The translations under genes and the position numbers were made by a program. A stretch of 63,466 nt of DNA, the filler included, from Saprolegnia diclina VS20 (lineage: Eukaryota), in assembly GCF_000281045.1 (NCBI RefSeq). It is 4 parts of one record of this genome, joined end to end, with 100 filler letters (N's around TTAATTAATTAA, not from the genome) between each part and the next. Parts side by side here need not be neighbours in the genome. Positions count along the whole stretch, not along the records: positions 1 to 14,665 come from NW_008246132.1; positions 14,766 to 30,984 come from NW_008246132.1; 2 more parts are not named here. The stretch is one strand, 5' to 3'. Under the pieces are notes generated by a model. It had not been told where the DNA came from, did no database searches, and was given only the letters and a program-made list of their open reading frames with translations. This document shows positions 9,589 to 23,587 of the stretch, one piece after another; the stretch's first letter is position 1; every line of letters begins with the position of its first letter.

Positions 9589-12500
9589 CGTGGAAGATTG
9601 AAAAGTGAGACCATTGCCGCACCGCAACGCGTTTGACTCCGTACACATTGCATTCAGCCATCTGTCGACCCGTGTATACGTAGATGACGTGGGCACCGGC
9701 GCGCGCTCTTCCTCGACATATACATACGTTTTTGTATGGTAGAGTGAGAGTGCCATGGTGCGAAAGAGGATGCACGCTCATGCGTGGATAGAAACATGAC
9801 CAATTGAGCGTCTCTCCGTCGTTATCAGAGATGGCCAACTGGATACTGCGCGGTACAGCTTCCAGGTTGTCATCCCTTCTAGGTTCATTTAGGTTGCGTT
9901 ACATATATGCACTCTTCTCGGCGCGACCATACATGCCCCGTAGAGCCCAACGCTCGGCTTACTCCACTGACTCGCCCACCCATCTCACATTGCTGTGCAC
10001 TGCGGTACCGCGTGCGGATTGGTCGGGCGTGCTGGGATATGTCCCGAAGTATATACGTTTGTACTGCGACCCATAATAGCAATTTTTATATGGACCCTTG
10101 TTGCTAGACGGGAGTAAAACTGCGGTCGCCACATTGTGATCGATTTGATGGAGTACATTGTCCTGACCGTGCACCACCGGTACGGTCGTCGTGCGACGTC
10201 ACGACCCGCAGATCCGTTTGTAAGTAAGAGTGGTTGTGACCCCATTATCCCACCGGTGTGCCCCTTTCTTGGCACTTTACGAACAAGAGGGTCCGGTCAA
10301 CATGTGTGGCAAGCGTGGCATGCACCAATGATGGCACCGCAAGACCGTGACGGCTCGAGTAATCGCTACCATTTTGGGATTTGTGATTTATCATGCACGC
10401 CGTTGTCGCGACACTGTCAGCTGCACTTGTCAGCCGCAGTGTCGGTAACAGACATCATCGGTGCCGAGATGCCGACGCAGAGCATCGGGGTGACCGCTTG
10501 AAGTAGACACTCGCCGCAAGCACGCAAGTCGCACGTAGAAAGGACTCCAAATGGACGTGTGCTGCTTCCTAGATTCGGTTGGATTTGCATAGCTATTGCA
10601 TTTTAGCTAGTCGAGAAGAAGACAACCATCGGGGACACAACTCGGCGTGGCTGAGCAAGCGTCCGATTATCCTCTGCTAAAACTAGCGGGGTCATCGACT
10701 TGATGGTTAAAGTTTGGCATACTATAGTTGCGCCGATGTGTACTGGGCGAGGTGGCATAGCGGTGCAAAATACCGACCTGCACTCTGTTTTGTATCAATC
10801 TATCTCCGCCTATCCTGCCGATACTTTGATACAAACAAGACGCAAAACCACACCTTGCACCGAAAGCGTTCTGGACACGGAGTGTATAGGACAACGAACC
10901 ACTCTGCTACTGGGAAAAATGATAATTATACGAAGTTTTGTGACTGCGAGTTGCAGGCGTCGCGTGTCAGCAGTATGGTAGCGGGCGTGTAGGACGCCGC
11001 CACATATTTGAGCCAATTCGGTGTGCACGCAACCACAAACCGGATTTGCTTCACGAACCGGCTTGCTTAAAACGCAAAACTGACTTGGCGAGTCTAACCG
11101 GTTTACAAAGCCGGTTTGACCACGGCTCCGCGGCTCGTGCAACAAGATGACAGCTTGTGAGAACAACATGTCTTGTACGATAGACATAACACTACTGCTG
11201 ACACCTTGTTGACCAAGAGAGGCTTTGCTACGTCGAGAGTCGACTGTGGGATCCAGAGGGAGGATACTTCTGATATGATAATGGTTCTGCTTCGCTGGCT
11301 TGCACCCGCTACGTCACAAATGCGTCCTTGGCAGCTTGGCTTGCGAATCTCGAGCACGGGATGTGGCAAGCCGGTCGCAGACATGCTCGAGCAGACATTA
11401 CACTTTGCCGTAGTCGATGGCACCAGAACGCTGCTGGTTGAAGAAGCTGAGGAAACTGCCTCTCCAACCAGCAGCCATAGCTGAGACCCACTGGCTGCTA
11501 CCTTGCACGTGTCGTCAGTAGAAGGACCAGGTAAAGTCATCAGAGAGCATGCGTTGCTCGCGTCATCTCGTCATGTGTCATCATGATCACACCACTCGGA
11601 CGCGATATCAACTGGGAAGGGAATGGTTTCCCGCTGTATCGCAGCAGCTCCGAGAACCACTGCTTCCCGTAGAGTCTCCACGTCCGGCGCGCAGACCAGC
11701 GCATTAGTTATGCGACGAAGAGCACATCGGCCGCTGCCAGCAAAGAATCTATGCAGCGCCTGAACACCCTGTCGTTCTTGGATGCGTCCGCAAGCAATGC
11801 GGCGAGTGTGTCCCAGTCGCAAGCGCGTGCTGAACGCGTGCAATGCTTGTGGAAAGGGACCTACGGACGGTATGCGCCTGGCCACATGATCCTCATTTCT
11901 CGGTGCTCTGCACGCTCTCGTAACGGGCTTTGAGAAGGCGATGAGAGCGTGTCTGCTGCGACCTCAACAAGTAGCGTCAGTAAGATCCTTCGCAGTACTA
12001 TCTGCAAAGCTCCCGAACGGCAATGTTGGCGCGTGATTGCTTTGTAATTGTGCCACGTGGATCCCACCCTGAATTCGAACACCCGTGCCTCTGAAAGTGT
12101 GGACCTGTCCAAGTTCGAACTTCGATTTCCGTGGCCTTTCCAGCAACGGCAAATCCATTGGGTCAGTTTGATGGCCGGCCAGCTGCTTGCTTCTGCAGAG
12201 TCTTCACGTCTGTCTTCAGGCTGTCGTGTCGGACGCGGCCGAGCGATCCTGACAGCGCAATGACGCGGCACTTGCCACTCTGCAGCACTCTCCCGCGCGT
12301 CGTTTTGCATTACAATGCGTCGTTCGATGCGCCTGTCTCGACGTCTATTTGTGTCGATGTAGCGTCGTCGCGCCGACTAGAGCCAGGGTTCATTCAAGAT
12401 GTAGAGAAATATCGGGCTAGACTACTACTAGCAGTCCTCGTACGTAGAGCTCGCACGCACTGCTTCGCTTGCAGAAAGAACCTCGCGACGCACTCGCAGT

Positions 12501-12642
12501 CTGACGCAACTTCGATCGAAGTTGATGATACAGCACAGCCGGACCCGACGACTAACGGCAACGGCCACAACATGTGGCGCTCGTACCACAGCTGACGGCG
12601 ACGCGCCGCGATGTCGGCTGATTCATTTCTCTTCTTCCAGCA

Positions 12643-13968
12643 ATGTGGGTACGTTGCGTGGCCCTTTTCATCGCCGCTGTCTCTGCGGCGCTCAACGACA
12701 CCAGTTCGACCAATGCGACGGCGCCGCCCGCTACGATCCGCGTTGTCGAGGACATCACGGTGTCGCCCGCACCGTTCCTCGCACCGTCGCCGTCGCCGCG
12801 GAGTGTGCCTCAAGTCACGACGTTGGCAACTGCGCCGCCGGCCCGTACGCTCCCATCTCCAGTTCTGCACCACTCATCTTGCGCGTAGAGGTCAGCCCCA
12901 CAATAGTCTTTGTCGGTGTCGGGATCACGACGCTGCTTCTTGTCTCGGCCATCGTGCTCTGGCAAGGCCGTCGGCGGCGCCAAGGTCGCCCAAAGCGGTC
13001 GCTCGAAAAGCCCGAGCTCGGCGGCACCAAGTCGCCAGTGGCGATTCTCGCCGACATCGAAGACGACTCGTACGATCTGTACATGGAGACGCTGCGCACG
13101 CGCGGCAGCCAAGGCGGCGACTCGCTCTTCATGACGACACAAGAGAACATCCAGCACGACCTGCAGGCGCTGTTGCCGTGGCGGATCGAGGCGCTCGAGG
13201 TACTTCCGCGTGAAAAGGTCGAGCACAAGACCAGCTACGCGGCAACGTACCGGCGCGAGCTCGTCCATGTCAAGCAGTGGCGCGGCGTCAAGGGCTACGA
13301 GTCGACCGTGTTTGTGGGCCAGCTCGTCTTGCGCATCAAGTACGTCGTGACACCATTGTCCTGTAGTGTACTAACGTACACGCACTAGGTTGTCGTGCCA
13401 GCAGATTGTCCACTTACGGGGTGTTGCGTGGTCCGACACGACCGCGTTCCATGCGATTTTCGAGCACATGGACGGCGGCACCTTGCGGCAATACCTCGAA
13501 CGCACGCCGCAAACAGACGCCGCGTGGAGCCAAAAGCTCTTGTATGCACTCGACGTCGCCCAAGCCCTCGACTATTTACATGCCAAGGACATTACGCACC
13601 GGGACCTTCGGTCGGCCAACGTATTTTTGAACCAAATTGGCGACGCCAAAGTGTCCAACTTTGGCTGGCTCACGCCGCGTATCGAGATGGGCGGCCCGCG
13701 ACAAGACGCGACTCCGTGGAATGCCCCCGAAGTCGTGGCGGGCCATCAGTACTCGGTCGCGGCCGATATTTATTCGTTTGGAATGCTGCTCTACGAGCTC
13801 GAGGTCCACACCAGCCTCCCGCCCTCGGCGTACGCGGTGCAAGCGCACTTTGCACCGACAAGTCCGCTCGTCAACGTCGGACCGCTCTGCCTCGCACTGA
13901 GCCCGGCCCAGCGCCCGACGATCGAGTGTATTTTAAAGGAGCTTCGCGCCCAGCTGCAGCGCTATTAG
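12643..13968 (+). CDS. Receptor-like TKL kinase, probable pseudokinase; 3 exons (introns 12845-12888, 13340-13388)
   Basis: Signal peptide, Pro/Thr stalk, TM helix (IVFVGVGITTLLLVSAIVLW), HRDLRSAN, NFG in place of DFG, APE, DIYSFG. GT-AG introns join the frames; CTAAC branch site in intron 2. Confidence 0.85.
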
Positions 13969-14709
13969 ACTAGACCTCTTCTACTACTATTATTTCAGTC
14001 ATTCTTTGTCCTTTGTCCTTTCTGCACTGGGCATGGCTTGGTCAACGCAGGGATGGCACGTTGCCCATGCAATATTCCCGTATTTTCTGGAAATGAGATA
14101 GGATTGGCTTAAATACTCGATATTTGCCTCGATGCAGCCAATCAGATACGCGAATATGTCGCTTGGAAATCCCGAAAAACCCGGTGGCATTTGACGCCAA
14201 ACGCGGTGGTACGACGGCAGTAGTACTCGCTCGATAGACGCCGATGACGTCGCAATGAGGAAGCCAGGTGCCGCAAGGCGTGGTGGGTCGTCGACCTTCA
14301 AGAAACCCCCACCGTCTCTACGCAACGTCGCTCACCTCAAGATTCTGGGTCCCACCATCCATGACCATCTTCAAAGTTCTTCAGTCAGCTTGTTTACATG
14401 TACGCCAAGGTGCCGCGTCACTGGTCTGTGATGTTGAGGAAGGGCGCCATCCAGCGGGTTGCTCTCGGCTGTAACGACGCTGTGCAATGTGCGCTCGTAG
14501 GAGCCTTGTTAGCGAGGCTAGACTGCTGCGATCCGAGAACACCGATGGCGGGATCGCATAACTCTTGTCGCCGTCAGCATCAATGCGGCGACGGTGTTGG
14601 GCGCAGTAGTACAGAGGACGTTATAATAGGTACGCGAAACGAAGCATAAAAGTAAGTGCCGCCGGNNNNNNNNNNNNNNNNNNNNNNNNNNNNNNNNNNN
14701 NNNNNNNNN

Positions 14710-14721
14710 TTAATTAATTAA
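14710..14721. other. Artificial all-frame-stop linker TTAATTAATTAA inside an N gap (also 31029-31040 and 52522-52533)
   Basis: Identical palindromic 12-mer centred in three N runs. Confidence 0.9.
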
Positions 14722-14765
14722 NNNNNNNNNNNNNNNNNNNNNNNNNNNNNNNNNNNNNNNNNNNN

Positions 14766-16074
14766 TCCAGACAGTTTGAGTGTTGCACATTTCCGTCGTC
14801 GTAAATGGTGGCTGAACAAACGTCTGTGGTGTATCGTAGCCGCAAAGAAAGTTGCCACCGTAGAAGACATATTGTCCACACTTCCACGTCGGCGGGGTCG
14901 GCGTCACCGAGAGCATCTGAAGATTTGCGTACGTTGCCGCAGAAGCCGTGTCGAGTGCTCGATACATTGCGGACGAGAGAACGCGTGCAAGCGAGACAAG
15001 AGCCGCGGGGGGAGACACGACAACGAGATCGATCGAGAGAAAAGGCCCGAGGTTTTCGCGAACCAAGGTCACTTGACCAGCGCTAAACATATAGGGAGCA
15101 TACGAGAAGCTCTCAAATGGTTGTGGCGGCATGCCGTAGTACGTCGTGTTGAGAAAGTAGTTGGGCGACCCGCGAATGAGACTCATGTTGCCCATCCCGA
15201 CAAGGAATATGTCCATCATAAGTGGTTCGTAAAAAACGTTGGAAAACGCCTGACCAGCGCTGTGCTCGATGCTCTTGAGCGTCAGTGAGGTTGGGATGTT
15301 GAGGGCGTTGAGAAGTGTGGCAGTCTCAACGAGCCGAGGGAGATGGCTGTCTTGCCACTGGTAGTGAAAAGCCTCAATGCCAGCACGCTCCCAGTACGCG
15401 ACCTCTTCAGGCACCGACGTCGAGACAGAAGCGATAGTCTCCATCCAGCGCACACCTCGCGGCGACGCCTCGAGACCACTTTGAATCGCAAACCAAAAGA
15501 TGGAGTTGGACCCACCGTAATTGGCGACAAAGGCGTCCCAATCAATGTTGCGAAAAATAGACTCGAGGTACACGGCGCCATTCGTCGCGAACCGTTGACG
15601 GCAGCGCTCTTGACGCGTCACCGTGTGCGCGAGTTCAAATTCTTTGTCGAAGTCAACCCAGCAGTACGGCGTTGGCAGCCATTGAATGTCGTCCACAGAG
15701 GTATTGCGCAGACTAGTGATGGCAAGGTCCAGCGCTGTGAGTTTGGTCGTCAGGAGCGCCATCGCGTACGTCGGGTGGACCATAGCGTTGGGCAAGACAC
15801 CGTCGTAGCGCGCCTCAATGACCACAGACTGCAAGTCGACGGTGGATCCATCGGGCTCCGTCTCGAGAAACGTGTTAATGACATCGGCGAGGAACGTTTG
15901 GTACCCTGAAGCATTGTAGTACGGCCAGAGAAGATCGTTGGCGAGCGGTGGTTGCAGCAACCGTAGGTAGTAGATGCTACCTGCCAGTGTCGCACAGAGC
16001 CAAAGTGCACCCAAGATGAACCATCCGAGCCGCGGTGGGTCACCGCGAGGGTCTATCATCGGCTGGACGCGCAT
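14766..16074 (-). CDS. Large multi-TM oomycete family protein, paralog 1 (N-terminal part; 3' in gap)
   Basis: MRVQP...LWLCATLAG...ANDLLWP...YCWVDF...NGAVYLE, aligning with 31341-36524. Confidence 0.85.
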
Positions 16075-16383
16075 GAGCTGCCTTTTGTGAAACCAATCGG
16101 TTACGCCTCTGGCGTTTCGACCTGCCCCACGATATACCGAAAACAGTCGCATACACGAGACCCAACGACATCATTTTGCTAATACCAGATTGCTACCAAG
16201 GACTCCAACCAGCGGTTTGAGGCGACTATCGAAAGCAAGAAACACCACTTGAACGTTGTTGTCGTTGAAACAAAAAACGCACTNNNNNNNNNNNNNNNNN
16301 NNNNNNNNNNNNNNNNNNNNNNNNNNNNNNNNNNNNNNNNNNNNNNNNNNNNNNNNNNNNNNNNNNNNNNNNNNNNNNNNNNN

Positions 16384-19300
16384 GCTTCGCTGGTCGGGAC
16401 ACAAGAGAGAGCCACTCGCCGCGTAGATGTGCTCCTTCCACGTCATCGGTGCTGGCATCGTGTAAAATGTGTCATAAATATCCAAATACGACGTCGCATT
16501 CTGCGTCCTTGCGCTAGCCACGGCTGCAGCAAAAGCAGTCATCGCCTCCCGTAGTACAGATGGCACGCTGACGTAGACCATGTCGATCGAACCAAATGGC
16601 CCAAGATACGACGACAAGAGCTCGTAATTGACACTCCACGGCCAAGGTGGCAACACCGTTTCAGTCACCAGAATCTCTTGCAGTGATGCATTTTGAAAAG
16701 CAAATCGACTGCTCGACCGGAGGAGACTCTTGCCACCCATGGACGAGGTGTTGGTGACGAGAGCGCCGAGGTCGTTGGCCAGAGACCAGTACATTTTGAA
16801 CGACGTCTGGCTCCCCAAACGGCGGTAGCCCGCAGTCGACTGCAGCAAGAAAGGATACGAGACGCCGTACGCATTGACAATGTTGTACGAGTGGAGAAGA
16901 CCGATCGACTTGTAGTTTTGCCACTGCAGCACGTACGACGAGATACTCTTTGATGTCCAATAAGACACTTCGTCGTCGATCGAGAGGTACGGAGGACTAA
17001 ATGAAGCCAACAAAGCCTGACCGGCCATAGACTCACGCAACTCGGACCCAAACCCAATCTCAAACGACGCACTCCAGCACGTTGAGATATCAACATTCCG
17101 AAGCAAAGAAGCGAGAAAGACCGCGCCATTACTGACCATCGACTGGCATCGTTCTTGGCGCTTGACCGAATTGGCCATATCCCACTTTTGATCAAAGTCG
17201 AGGTAGCAGTACTGCGTAAAGACCCACGGACCATCACAACCATCCAAAGTACGAAGCCCCGAGATCGCATCCGAAAGAGTGGTTAGGGTTGAGTACTGGA
17301 CTCTGGCGCCTTGCTGGATGGGAAACGCGACGGACACTTGCGACAGGTTGAACAGCCCAAGAGCGTTGATTTGCTGGTGGCTGGTGAGTGCTATCGCCGA
17401 GCTGTCTGCACCCAGTAAATGCGCCGGCTCGTTGAACCAGTTGGCGAGAAAGCTGTGCGACCCCGTCATGTTGAAGGCGGGCCAGACCAAGTCGTTGGTC
17501 AAGAGCCCTTGGGCGAGACCGAGGTACGAGACACTGCTGTAGATCGCTGCAGCGACGTAGACAGTGCCAATGATAACCCAGACCCGCGGCCCCCAGCGCG
17601 TTTGTATCATTGACGGATGAAGCTCCACGGGCATGACCATTGCCGCCGTCGGAGCCAGAAAGAGTAGGCGCCAGAGCTTGAGGTCAAAGATGGCGGATCC
17701 TCGAAGCGGAATGAGACCAGATGCGAGGTGGCCGACCAAATCGAGTTCAGAATCTCGGTCCAAAAACGCTTGGCCAACGACCGAGAGCATCGAGCTTGTG
17801 CAATAGTCCTTGGTCTTCCGAGACGTGGGACGAGCCGCAATGCAATCCAAAAACCACAGACACGGAACGAGCAAACACTGGATCAGTCCAATGACTCGGA
17901 GCCGCGATAGCTCGCCTGTCAGCAATGTGACGCTGTTGCATCGAACGTTGTAGTAACTGCTGCTAATGGTACATTTGCGATCGATGGTTGCTGTCACAGA
18001 CACGGGCCAGCCAACGTCCATGATCACCAGCAACAGCCACGTCAGCAACGTCCCAACAAGCCCAATCGACCGCGCGCGGTGGCTCTGCAGTGGCAAGAGC
18101 AACTCGTGCACGACGTACACAATCCACGTCGCTTCCCACGCCAAGAAGCACGTCTCGAGAACGGGGCGGGTCGAGAGCACCAGCTGCGCGTAAATGTTGT
18201 GCGCTCGATCGAGTCCGATCGGAGCCGAGCTGAGCAGCATCAGTGCGCTGGCGCCGCGAAGCAACAACAGCGGACGTCCGAGCCACGTGGAGCCCGCGAT
18301 GCGGTTGAAGACGAAAAAGTTGATGCCCGAGACAGCGCCACGCGACATGAATGAAGCGATTAGGGTTGCGACAGCGACAGCGCCAAGCACAAGACTCGAG
18401 TACGCGATGATGTAGTAGACACCGGCCGACGCGTTGCTGAGACTGCTGCTGCTCGAACCGCTGGGCGTCGTATCATAGGCGTCCGAGATCAAGACAAGCG
18501 TCCCGTTGTCGCCCTCAAACGAAAGAACTTCACGAACGCCTGCGACCCAGTCGAAAAGAAGAACCCAGCCGTAGAATGCAAAGGACGATTGGTCCAATAA
18601 CGGTTGTCGTAGCAGCGTGTAGTTGGTTTCAGTCATGTCAGAGGCAACTTGAATGACACTGACGTCAAGAGCTGTGACAGCTGCAATGGCGTCTTGGACG
18701 AGCGTTTGATTTAGTGTGCGTATCATGAGGGTCCGAGCTAGGCGCAGGGACGGCGTGCACGCATCCGAGGCGGCGAGTGCGCAGATGTCTTCGACCGAGT
18801 CGCTCACAAGCGAAAGCGCCATTACCATGGCAAATGGGGACACTGACATTCTCCAGACGGTTTGTGTCACGCAAGAACCGACGGCTGTGAATGGCGGCAG
18901 CACAAAGGTCTGCGATGTATCGTAGCTGCACAAGAGGCTGCCACCCCAAAAGACATAATGTCCATTCTTCCACGCTCGTGGTGTTGGCGTCACCGAGAGT
19001 GACCGAAGGTTGGTGTAAGTATTCGCAAACGAGCTGTTGAGCCCTCCGTAGAACGCCGTTGAGAGGGCACTCGTGAGGCAAACGAGAGCGGTTGGGGGAG
19101 ACACAACAAGAAGATCGATCGAGAGATAAGGTCCGAGAGCCGCACGAACCAAGCTGGATTGGGAGGCGCCAAAATAGTATTGAGCATACGAATAATCGTC
19201 AAACGACTGCGGCGGCATGCCAAAGCACGTTGTATTGAGAATGTAATTGGGCGTGTCGCGAATCAGACTCAGGTTGCACATTGTCGTCGGGTACAGATCC

Positions 19301-20157
19301 ATGGCCAACGGCTCATAAAAGTGGCTGGACGACCCTGGACCTAGGTCGGACTCGATGCTCTTGAGTGTCAGAGATGTCGGTATACCGAGGGCATTGACAA
19401 GCGTCGCTGTCTCGACGAGACCCGGAAGGCGCAAGTTTTGCCACTGGTAGCAAAAGCGCTGGATCCCATGGCGCTGCCAAAACGCCACTTCGTCCGGCAC
19501 CGACGTCGTTGTTGCAGCGACCGTGTCCAGCCAATGCACGCCACGCGTCGACGCCTCGAGACCACTCAAGATCGCGCTCCAAAAGAGCGTCTCGGGACCG
19601 CCGTAGCCGACAAGAAAGGCCGTCCAATCAATGTTGCGAGCCACAGCCTCCAGGTAGACGGCGCCGTTGGTACCATACTGGTGACGGCACCGGTCCTGCC
19701 GCGCCTCTGTGTGCGCGAGCTCAAACGATTTGTTAAAGTCGACCCAGCAGTATGGTGTCGGAAGCCACAAGACCATGTCGATAGATGTGTTGCGCAGACT
19801 CGTGATCGCAAAGTCGAGGGATGGGAGCTTCGTCGTCAGCAGAGCCATTGCATACGTCGGGTGTGCGATAGCGGTTGTCAGCAGACCGTCGTAGCGCGCG
19901 TCGAGCATCACCGAGCCCAAGTCAACGGTCGCCTCATCATCTGATGTCTCCAGTAGCTGGTTGAGGGCATCGATGAGGAAGGTTTGGTACCCAGACGAGT
20001 TGTAGTGCGGCCAGAAGAAGTCGTTGGCAAGCTGTGGCTGGATATGGAGAAGGTAATAGAAAGTACCTGCCAGCGTCGCACAGAGCCAGAGAGCCCCCGG
20101 GAGCCGCCACCGACTTGGCGATGGATCGAGAGACCCCGTCGTCGGCTGGATGCGCAT
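16384..20157 (-). CDS. Large multi-TM oomycete family protein, paralog 2 (3' end in gap)
   Basis: >1250-aa open frame with the same motifs and two-unit structure as 31341-36524. Confidence 0.88.
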
Positions 20158-20402
20158 GTCGGCCGTTGCTGTACTTTATACATGAAACCGCTCCAAGATA
20201 GCGCGTCTGAAGCGTCGCCGAGACGACTCATTACTCATTTCCACGGTGCATCTAGGCCATACCCGAAAAGCTATCATATATATACACGACAGTATCCACC
20301 GCTTTGTACGCCTAACGAGTACGGTACTTAGCGGCGTCAGGAATCGTATACGATCGTACTAACGTTAGTGTAGCCGTCCTTGTGTGAACCGACCACCAGC
20401 CG

Positions 20403-20403
20403 G

Positions 20404-20486
<83 letters not shown>
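20403..20486. repeat. (GT)n microsatellite, about 42 units with one interruption
   Basis: Directly visible. Confidence 0.97.
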
Positions 20487-20487
<1 letters not shown>

Positions 20488-21743
20488 ACAATCGCTTCTG
20501 CGATAGTAGCACCGCTCGTTGGTTTGAGCTCTCGATACAAGCACCTTAAACCCCAAAACTGGAGCCAAGCCTGGAAGACCTAGGGTCGAAGCGACGGCCC
20601 GCAGGTCGTCGTCCTCGACGCCAAAGCCTCTGCGACTTCGGCTGGAGGCAGCGGCAGCACAGGACGGTGTGGCCCGAAGGAGCGGCCGCCGGAGCTACGA
20701 CTCGATAGGTCGGCGGTGATGGCCATGAGGCGCGCCGCGTAGCCTTGCCAGCATCGTGGCGAAGGTGTTGCTAGCTAGTCTTGGACATAACTCCACACAC
20801 ACAGCGCTAAGAACTGTATGGCTCGGTCATTGCGATGCATGCCAAGGCGTCCATGGAATAGCTGCAGTCCGCTGCCTTCCTTGATCGTATGCCTGTGTGA
20901 GGTACCTTCCGAGGCGCAGTCTCTATCCCGCTCGTCACCGAGTTGAAGCGTTGCATCACATGATCGTAGGCTTAACACCGCAGGCGGCAACGCTGCTGGG
21001 GCCAAGTCCCTCGTACGACCCGATAATCAGACAAATGTGCAGTTATAGAGATGAAGATGGTATTCTTGCTACCGCGCTCGTGAGGTACGCCTGTCGGAGG
21101 GCGCTTGGTCGAGGCTTGCGATTGGGCGAGGAACGAGATAGCGCACGCCAAGCGTCGGCGCAGAGAGCGTCGAGCGCTTCGGCAAGCGACAGCCCCACGG
21201 CGCGACGAGCCCAGTGCCGGACATGATGCAATTGCGCAATGGTAGATGCCTTGATCGCAAGCGCAGCAGTGGGAAGGTGCGTCAACGTCGAGCCAAACAC
21301 CCGGGTCGTGCGCCAGCCAGAGCCGGCACCCGTCGCACGATCCTATAGTTCTTGTTCCGTGCGTCGGCCGTTCGGAGTGGGCTCCTGCGCGTTAGCTCTG
21401 CGCGTTATGATGGCCCGTGGGTTTGAGAGAGGGACGTCTACCCACGGCCTGTCCGACGGACGAGAAAGTCGAGAGTAGTATGATGGACCATTGACAGCGA
21501 CGCCCACATACGCTGTATACGCAGCAGTGTTCGTGACGAGGAGTGGCCGCATGACGCAGCCGCTCGCCAGTAGCCGTTCGTTGTCGTCGTAGTAATCACG
21601 CTGCTGCATCAACACAAGTGTGGAGCTGCAAGTAGCCGCGCCTTACTCACTGCGCACCCACCGCCTCGTGTGTTGCGCAACCACAAACGCAGTAGTCGAG
21701 GAATCGTGGCATAAATTAAGATTAAGACGGCGGCGTGGGTGGT

Positions 21744-22502
21744 TCAACACCGCCCGTCGAGGCTACTAGTGCGACTCAGACTTGGAGCACGATAGGCGTC
21801 GGTCGCAGCGGCGCTCTTGAAGTGAGCAAAGCAGAAACCCTTGTTGCGCGCGTTCTTTCGACAGGTCGCCACGCTGCACTTTTTGCCACCGCCGTGTTTG
21901 ATGCAGCGGCCACCCGTGACCGCGCCCTTGACGCACCCGGGCATCGAGCACCGGTGGCCGCCGCCGTGGGCAACGCAGTAGTTGCCGCTCACAGCGCTCC
22001 GACTGCACATGTCGAACTGGCAACGCTTCCCACCGCCATGCGCGATGCAGTAGCCGCCCGAGAGCGCGTACTTGGTGCACCCGGCGTCGTTGCAGCGCCG
22101 GCCGCCACCGTGCTGCGCGCAGTAGCCGCCGAGGAGCGCCGACTTGGCACACTCGGCCGCGATGCAGCGCTTGCCGCCGCCGTGCGAGATGCAGAGGCCA
22201 CCTTCCTTTGCGCTCTTGACGCAGCCCGCGACTTCACAACGCTTGCCACCGCCGTGCGCGATGCAGTAGCCACCGGTCTTGGCCCGTTTGGGGCACGCGT
22301 CCCATTGGCAGAGCTTTCGGCCGAGGAGCGGCTTGAGCAATGGTGTTGGGCGCGGCGGCGGTGCAACCGGCTTGGCGTCGGCCGACGTCAGGCTGTCGTA
22401 CATGGCTTGGGCCTGGCGGTGGAGGAGGCAGACGCTCTTGAGCTTGGCGAAGCGCGTGCAGCCGGGCACGGCGCAGAGCGTCGAGAACTCGGGGAGCATC
22501 AT
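21744..22502 (-). CDS. GGGKRC Cys/His zinc-finger repeat protein (often labelled 'WRKY19-like' in oomycetes; no WRKY domain seen)
   Basis: About seven tandem C-x4-C-x-K-x-A...C-x2-HGGG[KR]RC units plus one N-terminal finger. Confidence 0.88.
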   Translation of the reverse strand: MMLPEFSTLCAVPGCTRFAKLKSVCLLHRQAQAMYDSLTSADAKPVAPPPRPTPLLKPLLGRKLCQWDACPKRAKTGGYCIAHGGGKRCEVAGCVKSAKEGGLCISHGGGKRCIAAECAKSALLGGYCAQHGGGRRCNDAGCTKYALSGGYCIAHGGGKRCQFDMCSRSAVSGNYCVAHGGGHRCSMPGCVKGAVTGGRCIKHGGGKKCSVATCRKNARNKGFCFAHFKSAAATDAYRAPSLSRTSSLDGRC

Positions 22503-23587
22503 CTTTCGTGCGATAAAATAAAAACTGAAGTGCTCGATTTCGAACCGCCACCGGCTGGCGGCCCGACCAGTGGCGGGCCAGAGGTGGATGTTGGCGCGGG
22601 ACAAACCATCTGGTTCGCGGCTGTCGCGATGACACCACCGGTGCGCGGAGTGAACAGTCGCCTGCTCACTTTCGCGCGAGTCGCCATCAGCATCCCACCT
22701 CCCACGAGGTCGATCCTCCTCACACTCGAATCCAGTGTTGACGCAACCCACGGGTAGCCAATCTCGGCGCGAAAGAAGCGGTGGCAGCACAGATCTCAGG
22801 TCAAGGTCGGACTCGATGACACCCATATGTGGCGCGACACGGCGGCTTCCAACGTATACAGGTATACAAGCACGCTGGAAATTTGTAAACGTCGCTCCAT
22901 CTGCCGACTCGACGGAGTAAACGGTGCTTGCTTTCTCACGAGATCACCTACGCTTTTTGATGCACTGACTGCACTGGTGGTGGCCACGCGGTTGGAGAGC
23001 CCTGGAGATGGCTTGAGTCAAGCTCGCTCTACCACTACCATCGACATTCTTATTGCTTCTAACAAAGTATCGAATTTGACGCTATTCGCGTGGTCTAGTA
23101 CTGTGATAGCTTATTGAACGGAAGGGCCTCGCACGACGGCCTCGCCATCTTGACGTACTACCGTCAGTGGCAAAGTGCATTCTTTCTCGTGCGCTGTGAT
23201 TCGAATCTACACTGTACGATGTACGCGTTTCTGATACCGTACGTACATACATTGTACGTACTGTTGTACCACGCAGTACGAGCAACGGGGTCTTCAGTGG
23301 CCGCCATCGCTGCCCATCGCTGCCCGCATCATCCATGTCCTCGTACCGGTATATGTACTGGTCACGAGGTAGTGTAGGGACTCGTACTGACATTGACAGA
23401 TCCTACGTCGATAGTCTAGAATGTTCAAGCAGACCGCTGCACCATTTTGTTGTGCAGCCTTTCTGGGTGTTGTTGGATACGATGACGTGGCGCCTCCGCA
23501 GCGTCGTCGTCCGTTGCGCGGCCTTTCGGTTGGGCTAAATATACACGGGCGTGGTTAAGGCATCGTAGAGTACACACTTACCGCAAC

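Noticed and set aside
9800..12500. Many short ORFs in the intergenic stretches (also 6500-8150, 38700-40600, 43200-44400, 56700-58250)
   Set aside because: No codon bias, motifs or consistent splice structure; possibly decayed repeats, but not identifiable by eye.
16171..16383. C-terminus of paralog 2 as shown in the ORF track
   Set aside because: The frame runs through Ns; about 450 aa expected from paralog 4 are missing, so the gap is probably under-sized.
20337..20583. Poly-HT / poly-CV ORFs
   Set aside because: Translations of the (GT)n microsatellite.
21043..21615. Two same-frame minus-strand ORFs separated by one stop (possible pseudogene)
   Set aside because: No recognisable motif; cannot be supported without a search.
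21744..22502. True WRKY transcription factor
   Set aside because: No WRKYGQK motif; only the GGGKRC zinc-finger repeats are present.
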